A DNA stretch of 64,000 bases, from NCBI GenBank assembly GCA_963803145.1, contig CAWDLW010000016.1:64001-128000 (forward strand). The letters are read 5' to 3'. The position numbers and the translations under genes were made by a program. How positions within the stretch are numbered: the stretch's first letter is position 1; the number at the start of each line of letters is the position of its first letter. Of the stretch, positions 51,269 through 60,705 are shown piece by piece. Origin of the DNA: Methanotrichaceae archaeon. GTDB lineage: Archaea; Halobacteriota; Methanosarcinia; Methanotrichales; Methanotrichaceae. The notes under the pieces are model-generated. The model was not told where the DNA came from and did no database searches. It saw only the letters and a list, made by a program, of their open reading frames with translations.

Positions 51269-51553
51269 ATGGATATGCAGGGACGAAAAGAAATCCTAGA
51301 GGAGGTAGATAGTCTCTGTACCCTTCACGAAAAGATCACACAATCTTCAGAGTGCAGGGAGTTTAACCACCGCACTGCTCTCCTTCTGCAGAGGCTGGAA
51401 GACGAAGGCTATACTCGGCTGGCGGATAGAGCCATGTACCTCCTATCATACTGCAACCCAAAGGATCTCTCTCAGTGTGACAGCATCCAGCGTGCCAAAG
51501 ACGCCCTGGAGAGATTAAGGGATCTGGCCAGAGAGAGCCTGGCAAAAGATTGA
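51269..51553 (+). CDS. Hypothetical protein with four Cys
   Basis: 94-aa ORF co-oriented after the permease. Confidence 0.6.
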   Translation: MDMQGRKEILEEVDSLCTLHEKITQSSECREFNHRTALLLQRLEDEGYTRLADRAMYLLSYCNPKDLSQCDSIQRAKDALERLRDLARESLAKD

Positions 51554-51664
51554 TAAGAGTACTGATTGTTGGCCTGAGATCGGAAAAAGATGGGCGGGAG
51601 AATTTTCTATCTCAAATGTTATACGCGGTTAATGAGGCATCTAACCTCTCGCACACGAGTCCAC

Positions 51665-53074
51665 TCACCAGAGCTTGAACCCAAAATATCTCACTGCGTA
51701 GATCAGGCCGATCAGTATCACCGCCAGCCCAAAGAGCTTTGTGACCCACTTTCCCATAGAGATATATTTTTCTCCTATCTCTCCCCCGACCGCTCTGGAG
51801 AAAGTCGCTATAGGAATCACTGGCACCCCGTGACCAATGCCAAAGACAAATAGCATCATTCCTCCTGCCAGGGGCGTCACGTTCTGGGAGATGAGCCAGA
51901 TGAGCACTGGGAAGACTAGTGAGACGGCACAGGGAGCCCAGCCAAGAGCAAAGAATATGCCCAATGTGAATGCTCCTATGAAGGCTGAGTACTTAAAAAG
52001 ATCCATAGAGAAGTGAACGAGCCTCTCCATAATGCCCTTCTCCGCCGGAGGATCATCTGGATCGGCCTTATGGAAGGAAAGAGATGATCTTACTGGCTCG
52101 ATGATCTCTCCAATGGGCTTGATGATATTTACTCCAAGAATGATCATCAACAGGCCTGCCGCCAGGTCGAAGAATTGCGCCTGACGGATGAAGACCCCTA
52201 TATCCGACAGGAACAGCCCGACCACGAAGAAAACCAGTGCCATTCCCATGGTGAATGCCACGCCTATCATGAACCCTTCCTTCGAGGCAGAGGCGCTCTT
52301 TTTCAGGTACTCCTCCTTTCTGCGGGAGGTCATAACGTAGGAGAACATGGCAAGCAACAGTGCCACAGAACACGGCGATAAAGAGGTTATAATTCCTAGG
52401 AACAGCATTCCCAGGTAGGTCACACTACGACTCGGCATCACGCCTGTGCTGTTGAACCCCGCTCCTGTCGTCTCCCCTCGTTCTATGCCTTTTATTTTGC
52501 TGTAGAGCGAATCGGCGCTCTGTATGCCATCAATTTCGCCCTTGCCGAGCTGATAGACATGATATACGCTCGCTATCTGCCCTTCTTTATTGATCAAGAT
52601 CAGAGTGGGATTTGCAAAACCTCCTTCTAAGGTCGAGTAGTCGATATACTTGCTGGTGAGTGGGTAGGGCTCAAAATCCTCAATCCACGGCCAGCTCACA
52701 TTAATATTCCACCAGGATTCGGCTAGAGATTTTCCATCCTTGGAGTAAGGAGACTTTCTAACATTCAGAGTTACTATCTCTATGCCTGGGTCTTTCTGCT
52801 TCAGCTTCGCCAGCTCTTCAGTCTGAGATTTAAGAGCGTGCTCGCATTCCCTGCACAACGGATTTTCTATGTTCGTTATATGCAGAAGTACAACCTCTCC
52901 TCTGTAATCGCTCAGCGATATGGAATTGCCGTTGATATCGACGGCATGAAAATCAGGAGCTAAGGCTGCCTCTTGCGACAATCCTGAAAAAGAACTGCAG
53001 AAAATTATACAGCCGACAATGATAAAAAGAATAAGAGATCCTGTAATCTGGGATTTATCGATCTTCAGAGGCAT
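51665..53074 (-). CDS. ccdA: Thioredoxin/TlpA-like domain fused to a CcdA/DsbD transmembrane domain
   Basis: APDF...LSDYRG, CREC, SLSPCS and GWAPC. Confidence 0.85.
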   Translation of the reverse strand: MPLKIDKSQITGSLILFIIVGCIIFCSSFSGLSQEAALAPDFHAVDINGNSISLSDYRGEVVLLHITNIENPLCRECEHALKSQTEELAKLKQKDPGIEIVTLNVRKSPYSKDGKSLAESWWNINVSWPWIEDFEPYPLTSKYIDYSTLEGGFANPTLILINKEGQIASVYHVYQLGKGEIDGIQSADSLYSKIKGIERGETTGAGFNSTGVMPSRSVTYLGMLFLGIITSLSPCSVALLLAMFSYVMTSRRKEEYLKKSASASKEGFMIGVAFTMGMALVFFVVGLFLSDIGVFIRQAQFFDLAAGLLMIILGVNIIKPIGEIIEPVRSSLSFHKADPDDPPAEKGIMERLVHFSMDLFKYSAFIGAFTLGIFFALGWAPCAVSLVFPVLIWLISQNVTPLAGGMMLFVFGIGHGVPVIPIATFSRAVGGEIGEKYISMGKWVTKLFGLAVILIGLIYAVRYFGFKLW

Positions 53075-53095
53075 TTCAAAATCCCTTATCCGGGT

Positions 53096-53653
53096 CTAGT
53101 TTTTCCAGCCTGCGGAATTTGAATCGTAGTAGCTTATTGCATCCTTGACGTAATCCTCAATCCAAGCTTTGCCGGTGACATCCTCAGTGCTGTGCCATAC
53201 AGGCTGGACTTTCCCATTTGAATCGGGCGCGAGAGTTACTATTATTGTCATTGGCACGTAGGTGACGCCGCCATTCGGGTCGTACGCCTGGAGAGCCTGC
53301 TCAGCTCTTGCATCGCTTCCATCAGCCGGAATATCGTAATAGGTGAACTTATTTCCATACTCTTTCACAACCTCTGCCATGGCATCGGTTTGAGGCTTGC
53401 AGTAATCGCAACCCTTGTGAACGTAAACGACTACAGGCTTGCTCTTGAGAGCATCAAGCACCCATGAAGGATGATTGACCTCTGAGCCGAAACCAGGAGA
53501 TTGAGAGGGATATGTGGTCCACCAATCATCATTTCCTGATCCAACTGAATGCTCAAAGCTTGGCGAACCGGAAACTGCCATGCAAATTGCTAGTACAGCT
53601 ATTGTAAATAACGATGCTGCAAAACATAATTTATTAGATAATCCCATTAACAC
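53096..53653 (-). CDS. Secreted thioredoxin-family protein
   Basis: Signal peptide, KPVVVYV..GCDYC and YVP. Confidence 0.82.
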   Translation of the reverse strand: MLMGLSNKLCFAASLFTIAVLAICMAVSGSPSFEHSVGSGNDDWWTTYPSQSPGFGSEVNHPSWVLDALKSKPVVVYVHKGCDYCKPQTDAMAEVVKEYGNKFTYYDIPADGSDARAEQALQAYDPNGGVTYVPMTIIVTLAPDSNGKVQPVWHSTEDVTGKAWIEDYVKDAISYYDSNSAGWKN

Positions 53654-53970
53654 TCCCCGTTTATCTTTCCATATTTCCTGAAATCTCCCTCACCAACCAA
53701 TTCTTTTAAGGAGTTAAGGAGGCATCATCATATATCCGAACTTCTGTAATTCCTCTGTCGTATTCTTCTATACTAATTATTTAATTCTTTAATTTGCTAA
53801 AGCATTCTAGAGCAATCATATTTATGGCTTTCGGATTGAAAGGTATTTGCCTCGATAAACCTTTTAATAATAGATAGCGATTTTTATGATGTCCTAAGAC
53901 TCAATGTGATACAAATTGATGATTATTTCTCTGACATAGTAGAAAAATAGGAAATAGGCAAAATGTTTAT

Positions 53971-53990
53971 ATATCGAGATACATTGATGT
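53971..53990. promoter_or_regulatory. Candidate ArsR operator ATATCG-N8-TGATGT
   Basis: Follows TTTAT(ATAT), upstream of the zinc-finger ORF and arsR. Confidence 0.55.
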
Positions 53991-54094
53991 GTTGTAACAG
54001 ATAGAGCATTACTAAAGAAAAGGAAAAATTTCGTAAATACCCGATAGCCAATACTTAACATGGATATAGTGACACCAAATTTAAAATAGCTGGG

Positions 54095-54286
54095 ATGAGC
54101 GATAATATTACAGGAAGAAAAAAGAGTTTAGAGCCTATGAAATGCGATGTCTGTGGCAATGAGGGCGTATCCTTTCTCAAAGTAAACCATAGAGTTCTTG
54201 GAAGCATAAAGATCTGCCGTAATTGCTTCGAAAAGGAGCGCCTTAATCTAATTCCCCAAAAAGGCGGGTGCTCATGTTGCAGCTGA
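54095..54286 (+). CDS. Small zinc-finger protein ending in CSCCS
   Basis: CDVC...CRNC...GGCSCCS*; overlaps the arsR start. Confidence 0.65.
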   Translation: MSDNITGRKKSLEPMKCDVCGNEGVSFLKVNHRVLGSIKICRNCFEKERLNLIPQKGGCSCCS

Positions 54287-54690
54287 ATGACGAGTGCGAT
54301 AATGAAGCTGATGATGGCAAAGATGCCATTTGCAGTATGACAAGGCTAATCGGCGACCCTGAAAAAGCCAGAGAGAAGGTGAAAAAGCTTCGTGCTCTTA
54401 TGAAGAAGCTAGATTCGGATAGCGCTGATTTGGAAGTGGAAATCTTCAAGGCGGCAGCAGATCCATGCAGGCTTAAAATTCTAAAGCTTCTGAGGGATGG
54501 AGAGCTCTGTGTCTGTGAGATAATGACCGCACTGGACAGACCCCAGTCCTCAACATCTCATCATCTATCTATACTAAAAGATGCGGGACTTATTAAAGAG
54601 CGCAAGGAGGGCAAATGGTCTCGATATCGTCTATCTGACGGGGCAGTCATTGAGATGCTTAACCAGGTTAGGCTTCTGAGGGATAAATGA
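54274..54690 (+). CDS. arsR: ArsR/SmtB metalloregulator, paralog of 49899-50327
   Basis: DAICS..RLIGD, DPCR, ELCVCEI and QSSTSHHL. Confidence 0.9.
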   Translation: MLQLNDECDNEADDGKDAICSMTRLIGDPEKAREKVKKLRALMKKLDSDSADLEVEIFKAAADPCRLKILKLLRDGELCVCEIMTALDRPQSSTSHHLSILKDAGLIKERKEGKWSRYRLSDGAVIEMLNQVRLLRDK

Positions 54691-54700
54691 CATTCATGTT

Positions 54701-54874
54701 TTAATAGAGAGGATATCGGCTTAGCTCGCTATTTACATTGCTATCATTTAACTCTAAAACTATACCTCGATTGGGCGATTCAGCCATCAAAGTATCGTTT
54801 GTAACTATGAGAGCCATTCCTGTGCCAATTGATGCTAACAAAGCAATCAGAGTAAAATATACTATTGTATGCAT
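54701..54874 (-). pseudogene. Secreted thioredoxin, 5' remnant
   Basis: Signal peptide followed by VLELNDSNVNSELSRYPLY*; it stops just before the expected WCxxC. Confidence 0.55.
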
Positions 54875-55461
54875 TCCGCTCCGTCCTTTTATAATTACTC
54901 TAAAGACTTGATATATCAAATCATATTGAGCCTATGTTCTATGATAAGTTATTTACAGTGTAAAATATTTAAAACTGATGTATGCTAGAACTCTGATAAT
55001 TATATACAGTATCTTTTCATAGCAATTGAGATCAAGAAAATTAATACCATTATGCCATTTATCAAGGATCATCAATGTAAGAATTTCTATGGCAAGAATC
55101 ATTAGAATTATAAGCTCTGATATCTATATGCGCGCATATCCACATGTATAATTATGTCGTTCCCATTTAATCCTCAAATATTATATAAGCGTACAAATGT
55201 TGATCATAGATTATCGATCAGAAAAGTGGTCCTATATGAATGGCACTAGATAGCGATAAGGGATTCAAATGAATGTCCAATTAAAGTAATTTCCAGTAAA
55301 TATTGCAGTTACAATTAAAACATCCTTAACTACCGTATTGATGACATTTTCTTAATCTAATTTCCATTTATTTTATTAAAGAGTTGGGCTAAATTAGTGT
55401 TTGTGTTTCGCTAAATTTCCTAGACCTTGCGAAACATTTGGGAAAGATAAGGAGGAATGCT

Positions 55462-56394
55462 ATGAAAACTCTTATAGAACTAGCCATAGGCTTCCTGCTG
55501 CTGGTGTCAGCGGCTGCAGCCACGGGAAACTGGAACTGCGAGAATGTTAATATTTATCAGGAGGCAATTGGAAACTGTATCACAGGCGATGTCAATTTAG
55601 CCCAGATAACAGATGCATCGTCGTTTGTCTTCGGCTCCAACAATGAAGTAGACCAGTGCATGAGCCTCAGCGCCGATGCTAACTGCCTGACAGGCGTTGG
55701 AGAACAGACTAACCTCATACAAAGAGGCGATCTGACCGGCAATGCAACAGGCTGCAACAACGATCTCGATCAGGGAATCGATTTCAGTGCCTACACCAAC
55801 TGCCTGACGGATAGCAACATGACTCAGTGGGGCATGCAGGTTGGAGAGGCAATCGGTAGCTGTAACGAGTTTGATCAGTACGCTGCAGCCGATGCCTGTA
55901 ATAACGCTCTGACAATGAGCGATCAGAAGCAGATATCAGACTTCAATGTATGCGCTACGGGCGACAACAACTATGTCGATCAGTGTCTCTACCAGGAAGC
56001 TTCGGATAACTGTTTGACAAGCTCAGCACTCTGGCAGCAGACCGCTAAGACAGCCGATATTCTTGGATGCGATAATAGTGTCTACCAGGATAACAACCTC
56101 CAGTTTGCAGATTATAACTGCCTGACAGGCTCAGTATTGAACCAGGTAATCTGCGAGAATGCTCAGGTAACTGGCAGCGGTAACGAGGTTGATCAGGGAT
56201 CTTGTAACGCTATTGAGACTGATGCCAACTTCAACTGCATGACCAATGCAGAAATGCTGCAGTCCATTAACAGCAATGCCGTCTTAGCTGGATGCAATAA
56301 CTATGTTGATCATGAAATTTACTTCAACACAGATTGCAACTCCCTAACAGGCGGAATGCTGACACAGATGTCCACAGTCAACAGCAACGATTAA
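55462..56394 (+). CDS. Secreted Cys/Asn/Gln-rich repeat protein (probable beta-solenoid)
   Basis: Signal peptide ending AAAA; seven 35-39-aa repeats NCLT...Q...GxxNxVDQ plus one partial repeat; GGAGG RBS. Confidence 0.85.
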   Translation: MKTLIELAIGFLLLVSAAAATGNWNCENVNIYQEAIGNCITGDVNLAQITDASSFVFGSNNEVDQCMSLSADANCLTGVGEQTNLIQRGDLTGNATGCNNDLDQGIDFSAYTNCLTDSNMTQWGMQVGEAIGSCNEFDQYAAADACNNALTMSDQKQISDFNVCATGDNNYVDQCLYQEASDNCLTSSALWQQTAKTADILGCDNSVYQDNNLQFADYNCLTGSVLNQVICENAQVTGSGNEVDQGSCNAIETDANFNCMTNAEMLQSINSNAVLAGCNNYVDHEIYFNTDCNSLTGGMLTQMSTVNSND

Positions 56395-56404
56395 ATCTGA
56401 AGCA

Positions 56405-56429
56405 AAAGGCGAGAGTTCCTCTTGCCTTT
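56405..56429 (+). terminator. Hairpin downstream of the repeat-protein gene
   Basis: AAAGGCGAGAG-ttc-CTCTTGCCTTT followed by a T-rich tract. Confidence 0.45.
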
Positions 56430-56605
56430 GAAATTTTATTGGATGGTACTAATATTGCTTGCCTCCCATCTCTCAAACCCAACTGGGCTGCGGACAGGAA
56501 GCCAGTATTCTCTGTAACAACCCTGCCGGTAGCCTGGTTGAATTTTTGTTTTTCGGAAATATATAATTTGATTTTATCGAAATTATCGTGAAACGCTAAG
56601 TTCAT

Positions 56606-56617
56606 ATATGCGCATAT
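56606..56617. promoter_or_regulatory. Palindrome ATATGCGCATAT immediately upstream of arsR (56632)
   Basis: Perfect 12-bp palindrome; a related ATATGCGCGCATAT lies at 55126-55139. Confidence 0.5.
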
Positions 56618-56631
56618 TAGAATCTGAATGA

Positions 56632-56994
56632 ATGAATCGGATGGAAGGATACATTGAGCTATTTAAAGCGCTTTCAGATGAGACACGCCTGAAACTAATA
56701 GTCTTGCTTTACAAGAGAGAGTTTTGCGTCTGTCAAATCGAGGCTGCTTTGGGCATCTCTCAAACAAAAGCTTCTCGACACCTTGCTATTTTGAGACGTG
56801 CAGGATTGTTAAAAGCCAGGCGGAATGGTCTGTGGGTATATTATACTCTTGATGTGCCGGATGACAAATTTGAAGCTGGCTTATTCGAAAATCTCTCCGA
56901 TTCCTTGTCTACCGAGCTAATCTCTATGGTAGACCGAGCTAAAAAGAAAGTTTGTACAACTCAATTAGCCCCTTCATGCGGGGAAACTACATGA
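56632..56994 (+). CDS. arsR: ArsR/SmtB metalloregulator
   Basis: FKALSDETRL, EFCVCQI, SRHL and C-terminal Cys residues. Confidence 0.9.
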   Translation: MNRMEGYIELFKALSDETRLKLIVLLYKREFCVCQIEAALGISQTKASRHLAILRRAGLLKARRNGLWVYYTLDVPDDKFEAGLFENLSDSLSTELISMVDRAKKKVCTTQLAPSCGETT

Positions 56995-58388
56995 TACGCT
57001 CAAAAATTCTCTTTATTATTATAGCCGTAGCTTTACTCGCCTTTACGGTTGCTGCAGTCCCAAATGCCAGTGCAGATGAATGCAAAAACTGTATCTCCTC
57101 CGAAGACGGGACTCAAATTGGATTGAATAACCCAGAAACCGGATCTAACGCGGCTGAAGACAGCACTAACAATGTTCCTGAAAACAGTGCCGCTTTGAAG
57201 CAGCGCGGCAGCTTCACAGAGATGCTGGTGCCAATTTCAGGCATATCCAGCTCAGATATCATTCTGGATGTAAGCCCAAATGCTAGTGAGTATATTGAAG
57301 GCGCGATCTATATCCCATACACCAAATTCTATACAGAAGGAGGAGACCTAAGATCAGTATCAGAGATCTCCAAGGATCTTGGAGATGCAGGGATTGCTCA
57401 TGATGACTCTGTTATAGTTTACGGCGAGTGCCTTCCTTGTGGTGGGGGTCCTTCAACTGCAACCTACGTTTACTGGGTGCTGAAGTACCTTGGCCATGAT
57501 AAGGTAAAGGTGTTCGACGGTGGTATCAAGGATTGGAGAGCTGCCGGGCTTCCAACGGAGGCTGAACCGAAGACACTGCCAAAGACCAACTATATCCCTT
57601 CCATCAAGCCGAATCTTCTCGCCGCCTATGACTATGTTAAAAATGGCAATGCCCAGATAATAGATGCAAGAACACCTGAGGAGTATAATGTTAGCTCTAT
57701 ACCAGAGTCCATCAATATGCCTTATGATAAGGTTCTGAATGGAAGCAAGATCAATGATAAGGTTGCCCTAACAGATCTGTTCATAGGATTGAACAAAGAT
57801 AAGCCGGTAGTCGTTTACACCAATACGGGTGTCAAGGCATCATTGCTCTGGTTTGCACTGGAGCTTGAAGGCTATGATGCAAGGATTTACTCGTGGGCAG
57901 ACTGGTTTGCAAACCAGCCGAAGCTGGATATCAGCCTTAAGGATGCAAGTGCTGACCCCAATCCAGCAAATCCTGGAAATGCTGTCATGATCACTGCAAC
58001 ATTCGGCGAAGGTAATAGGACTAGTTTTGGCTCGAATGCTTCAGACAATGAGGCTGTGCCCCCCAACGAAGTGAAGCTTACAACCAAGGGATGTGCAAAC
58101 TGTGGTTTCGGAGGCTTTCCCAAGCCTGACACATCGGGCGGAATAGCCAAGATTGGCGATACCTATCGAAAAGCATCGGATAATACGCTCAATTGCACTG
58201 CAACTATTACTAACTCCGCTGGCAAAGAGGTAGGCGAAGTTAAGATGCGTCAGGTTTCTGGAGATGAATACGCAGGTATCTGGACAGCCAGCGTCCCTGC
58301 AGGAGTTTATAGCATGAGTTTGGTCGCCTCGGCATCCGGTACATCCAAAACCTTCAGAGATGCGCTAGAGCTAAGGATAATCAATTAG
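56991..58388 (+). CDS. Secreted tandem-rhodanese (sulfurtransferase-like) protein with C-terminal Ig-like domain
   Basis: Signal peptide, IEGAI.IP, LGHDKVKVFDGG..W, IIDARTPEEY...IP.S and KPVVVY; ATGA overlap with arsR. Confidence 0.85.
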   Translation: MIRSKILFIIIAVALLAFTVAAVPNASADECKNCISSEDGTQIGLNNPETGSNAAEDSTNNVPENSAALKQRGSFTEMLVPISGISSSDIILDVSPNASEYIEGAIYIPYTKFYTEGGDLRSVSEISKDLGDAGIAHDDSVIVYGECLPCGGGPSTATYVYWVLKYLGHDKVKVFDGGIKDWRAAGLPTEAEPKTLPKTNYIPSIKPNLLAAYDYVKNGNAQIIDARTPEEYNVSSIPESINMPYDKVLNGSKINDKVALTDLFIGLNKDKPVVVYTNTGVKASLLWFALELEGYDARIYSWADWFANQPKLDISLKDASADPNPANPGNAVMITATFGEGNRTSFGSNASDNEAVPPNEVKLTTKGCANCGFGGFPKPDTSGGIAKIGDTYRKASDNTLNCTATITNSAGKEVGEVKMRQVSGDEYAGIWTASVPAGVYSMSLVASASGTSKTFRDALELRIIN

Positions 58389-58445
58389 GGCCATGAGAAC
58401 ATCAAGTAATAAGAACATAGATAGATCAGAAGAGGGGAGTATACA

Positions 58446-59534
58446 ATGACGGATGGGATAAGCAAAGGTCTAGACTTCCTATCCAGATTTTTAACCGTAT
58501 GGATCTTCGCAGCGATGATTTTAGGCATCGCAATAGGCTATTTTGCTCCAGGCATAACAAAATTCATACTGAGCCTTCAGGTCGGCACAACATCAATTCC
58601 CATAGCAATCGGCCTGATATTGATGATGTATCCGCCCCTTGCCAAGGTGAAGTACGAGGATCTGGGCACCGTTTTTGGAGATAAGAAGGTTCTAGCACTC
58701 TCCCTAACTCAAAATTGGATTGTTGGTCCACTGCTCATGTTTGCTCTGGCAGTAATATTCCTGCGTGATTATCCCCATCTGATGTACGGCCTGATCCTGA
58801 TTGGTCTTGCTCGATGCATTGCCATGGTCATAGTCTGGAATGAGCTTGCCTGTGGATGTACTGAGTACTGCGCTGGTTTAGTGGGGCTGAACTCAGTATT
58901 CCAGGTATTTCTGTATTCAGTCTACGCATACATATTCATCACAATCTTGCCAGCCTGGCTTGGTGTGGCGGCTGGAACAGCCGTTAACGTCACAATAGCC
59001 CAGATAGCGGAGAGCGTCTTCATCTACCTGGGGATTCCATTCCTTGCAGGAATTATCACCAGGTACACGCTGATAAGGGCAAAGGGCAAGGGCTGGTATG
59101 AGACACAATTCATTCCCAGGATCTCTCCGATCACGCTAATTGCGCTGCTCTTCACAATCGTTGTGATGTTCTCCCTCAAAGGAGGGTACATCGTGGAGCT
59201 ACCTCTGGACGTGGTAAGAGTTGCCATTCCTCTGATCATCTATTTCCTGATCATGTTCTCTTCCAGCTTCTACATGTCATACAAGCTGGGAGTGAACTAC
59301 GAGAATACGGCCGCACTATCATTCACCGCTGCCAGCAACAACTTCGAGCTGGCGATAGCCGTGGCAGTGGCCGTTTTTGGCATCGCTTCACAGGAGGCAT
59401 TTGCTGCTGTAATTGGACCTCTCATTGAGGTTCCAGTGCTCATCTCTCTTGTGAATGTTGCATTGAAGCTGAGGGATAGGTACTACCCCGGTGCACCTGA
59501 AAAGATATTTTGTGAAAAGGATGTAGGAAGGTGA
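58446..59534 (+). CDS. acr3: Acr3-family arsenite efflux pump
   Basis: [34 protein letters not shown] and GPLIEVP. Confidence 0.96.
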   Translation: MTDGISKGLDFLSRFLTVWIFAAMILGIAIGYFAPGITKFILSLQVGTTSIPIAIGLILMMYPPLAKVKYEDLGTVFGDKKVLALSLTQNWIVGPLLMFALAVIFLRDYPHLMYGLILIGLARCIAMVIVWNELACGCTEYCAGLVGLNSVFQVFLYSVYAYIFITILPAWLGVAAGTAVNVTIAQIAESVFIYLGIPFLAGIITRYTLIRAKGKGWYETQFIPRISPITLIALLFTIVVMFSLKGGYIVELPLDVVRVAIPLIIYFLIMFSSSFYMSYKLGVNYENTAALSFTAASNNFELAIAVAVAVFGIASQEAFAAVIGPLIEVPVLISLVNVALKLRDRYYPGAPEKIFCEKDVGR

Positions 59535-59539
59535 GATAA

Positions 59540-60337
59540 ATGGCAGGATCGCCCGCTAATGTAAAGCTCGTAAGCAATGCCATGGCCAATGTCACGAGAA
59601 GAAAGATCATGGTCATGCTTGTGGAAGGGGATAGGAAACGTGAGGATATCGAAAAGGCTGCAGGAGCCTCCATGCTTGACTACCATTTGCAGATGCTGCA
59701 ACAGGCTGGATTGGTCTCAATAAAGGACGAAATTGTATCACTCACGGATTTCGGCAAAAACTTCATGGAATCAAAAACTGAAAAGCCCGCAGAGGCCAAA
59801 TGGGATCTTGCAGGCACAAAGCCCATTGAGATCGCCGAGGTCAGGCAGCTTCTGCCCTGCATAGCAGACAAAACAAAGTTCAGAATAATCTCCAGAGTTG
59901 AGCCGCCGTTAGGCGGAGCTCTCAAGCTTCTGGAGCCATTGTTTCCCAGGGCCAGATATTCCGAGAAGATAGGGGCGCTGATTATCCAGAGGGGAAATAT
60001 CTTGATTACAGCCTATTCGACTGGAAATGTCACTATGACCATGATCAGTAGCGAGGACGAGGCGAAACAGATTCTGGACGATCTGAAGAGAAAAATCAAC
60101 GAAGCAATAGCCAAAGGCGTCACTCCTGTGCCCCGAGAGAAGATCAAGGTAGATCATACGGAGATCTACGAGTATCTGCCCAAGACCAACTGCAAGATCT
60201 GCGGAGATCAGAGCTGTTATACCTTTGCGATAAGGCTGATGGGCAGGGAGACCACGCTGGACAAATGTACCCCATTGTTGGACCCCAAATATGCTACTAA
60301 CCTCGAGCATCTGAGGGCATTGCTGGAGTACATCTGA
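59540..60337 (+). CDS. ArsR-like wHTH fused to a C-terminal [4Fe-4S] domain (FeS / AcsC-N-type)
   Basis: N-terminal LDYHLQML..AGL, LPCIAD, and LPKTNCKICGDQSCYTFA...KC. Confidence 0.82.
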   Translation: MAGSPANVKLVSNAMANVTRRKIMVMLVEGDRKREDIEKAAGASMLDYHLQMLQQAGLVSIKDEIVSLTDFGKNFMESKTEKPAEAKWDLAGTKPIEIAEVRQLLPCIADKTKFRIISRVEPPLGGALKLLEPLFPRARYSEKIGALIIQRGNILITAYSTGNVTMTMISSEDEAKQILDDLKRKINEAIAKGVTPVPREKIKVDHTEIYEYLPKTNCKICGDQSCYTFAIRLMGRETTLDKCTPLLDPKYATNLEHLRALLEYI

Positions 60338-60339
60338 AG

Positions 60340-60705
60340 ATGAAGACTATTACCATCATTCTCACGGATGGTCCGTATATCTCGGAATATGCAGAGATTG
60401 CCTGCAAGATCGCAAAGGCTGCTTTGAAGAAGTATAATGTAAATATCTTCCTCTATCTGGATGGAGTGCACATTCCAAAGATTGGCCAGGAACCTGCGTT
60501 CTTCGCAGACATTGGGGCGCTTTTCCAGGAGCTAGCCAGTGAGGGGGCAAGGATCGAGGCATGCCCGAGATGTGCCAATGCACGCGGCTATCATGCGGCA
60601 GAAGGCATATGTGAAGACTATCTGCCAGGGATCAAGATCACTAGCCTTTACAGTCTGGCGCAGATGCTTAAGGAGACCGACAAAGTGGTGGCTCTATCAA
60701 GATGA
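60340..60705 (+). CDS. DsrE/TusD-like sulfur-relay subunit
   Basis: DGPY..E, FLYLDGV and ACPRCANARG (contains the conserved Cys). Confidence 0.85.
   Translation: MKTITIILTDGPYISEYAEIACKIAKAALKKYNVNIFLYLDGVHIPKIGQEPAFFADIGALFQELASEGARIEACPRCANARGYHAAEGICEDYLPGIKITSLYSLAQMLKETDKVVALSR

Noticed and set aside
55500-56380. Recurring AACTGCCTGAC DNA motif as CRISPR or another non-coding repeat
   Set aside because: Fully explained by the protein repeat NCLT, with synonymous variation.
59540-60337. Possible hgcA (mercury methylation), given the HgcC-like gene and an AcsC-like Fe-S motif
   Set aside because: It has only the Fe-S motif; there is no NVWCAAGK cap helix, no TM domain and no hgcB ferredoxin.
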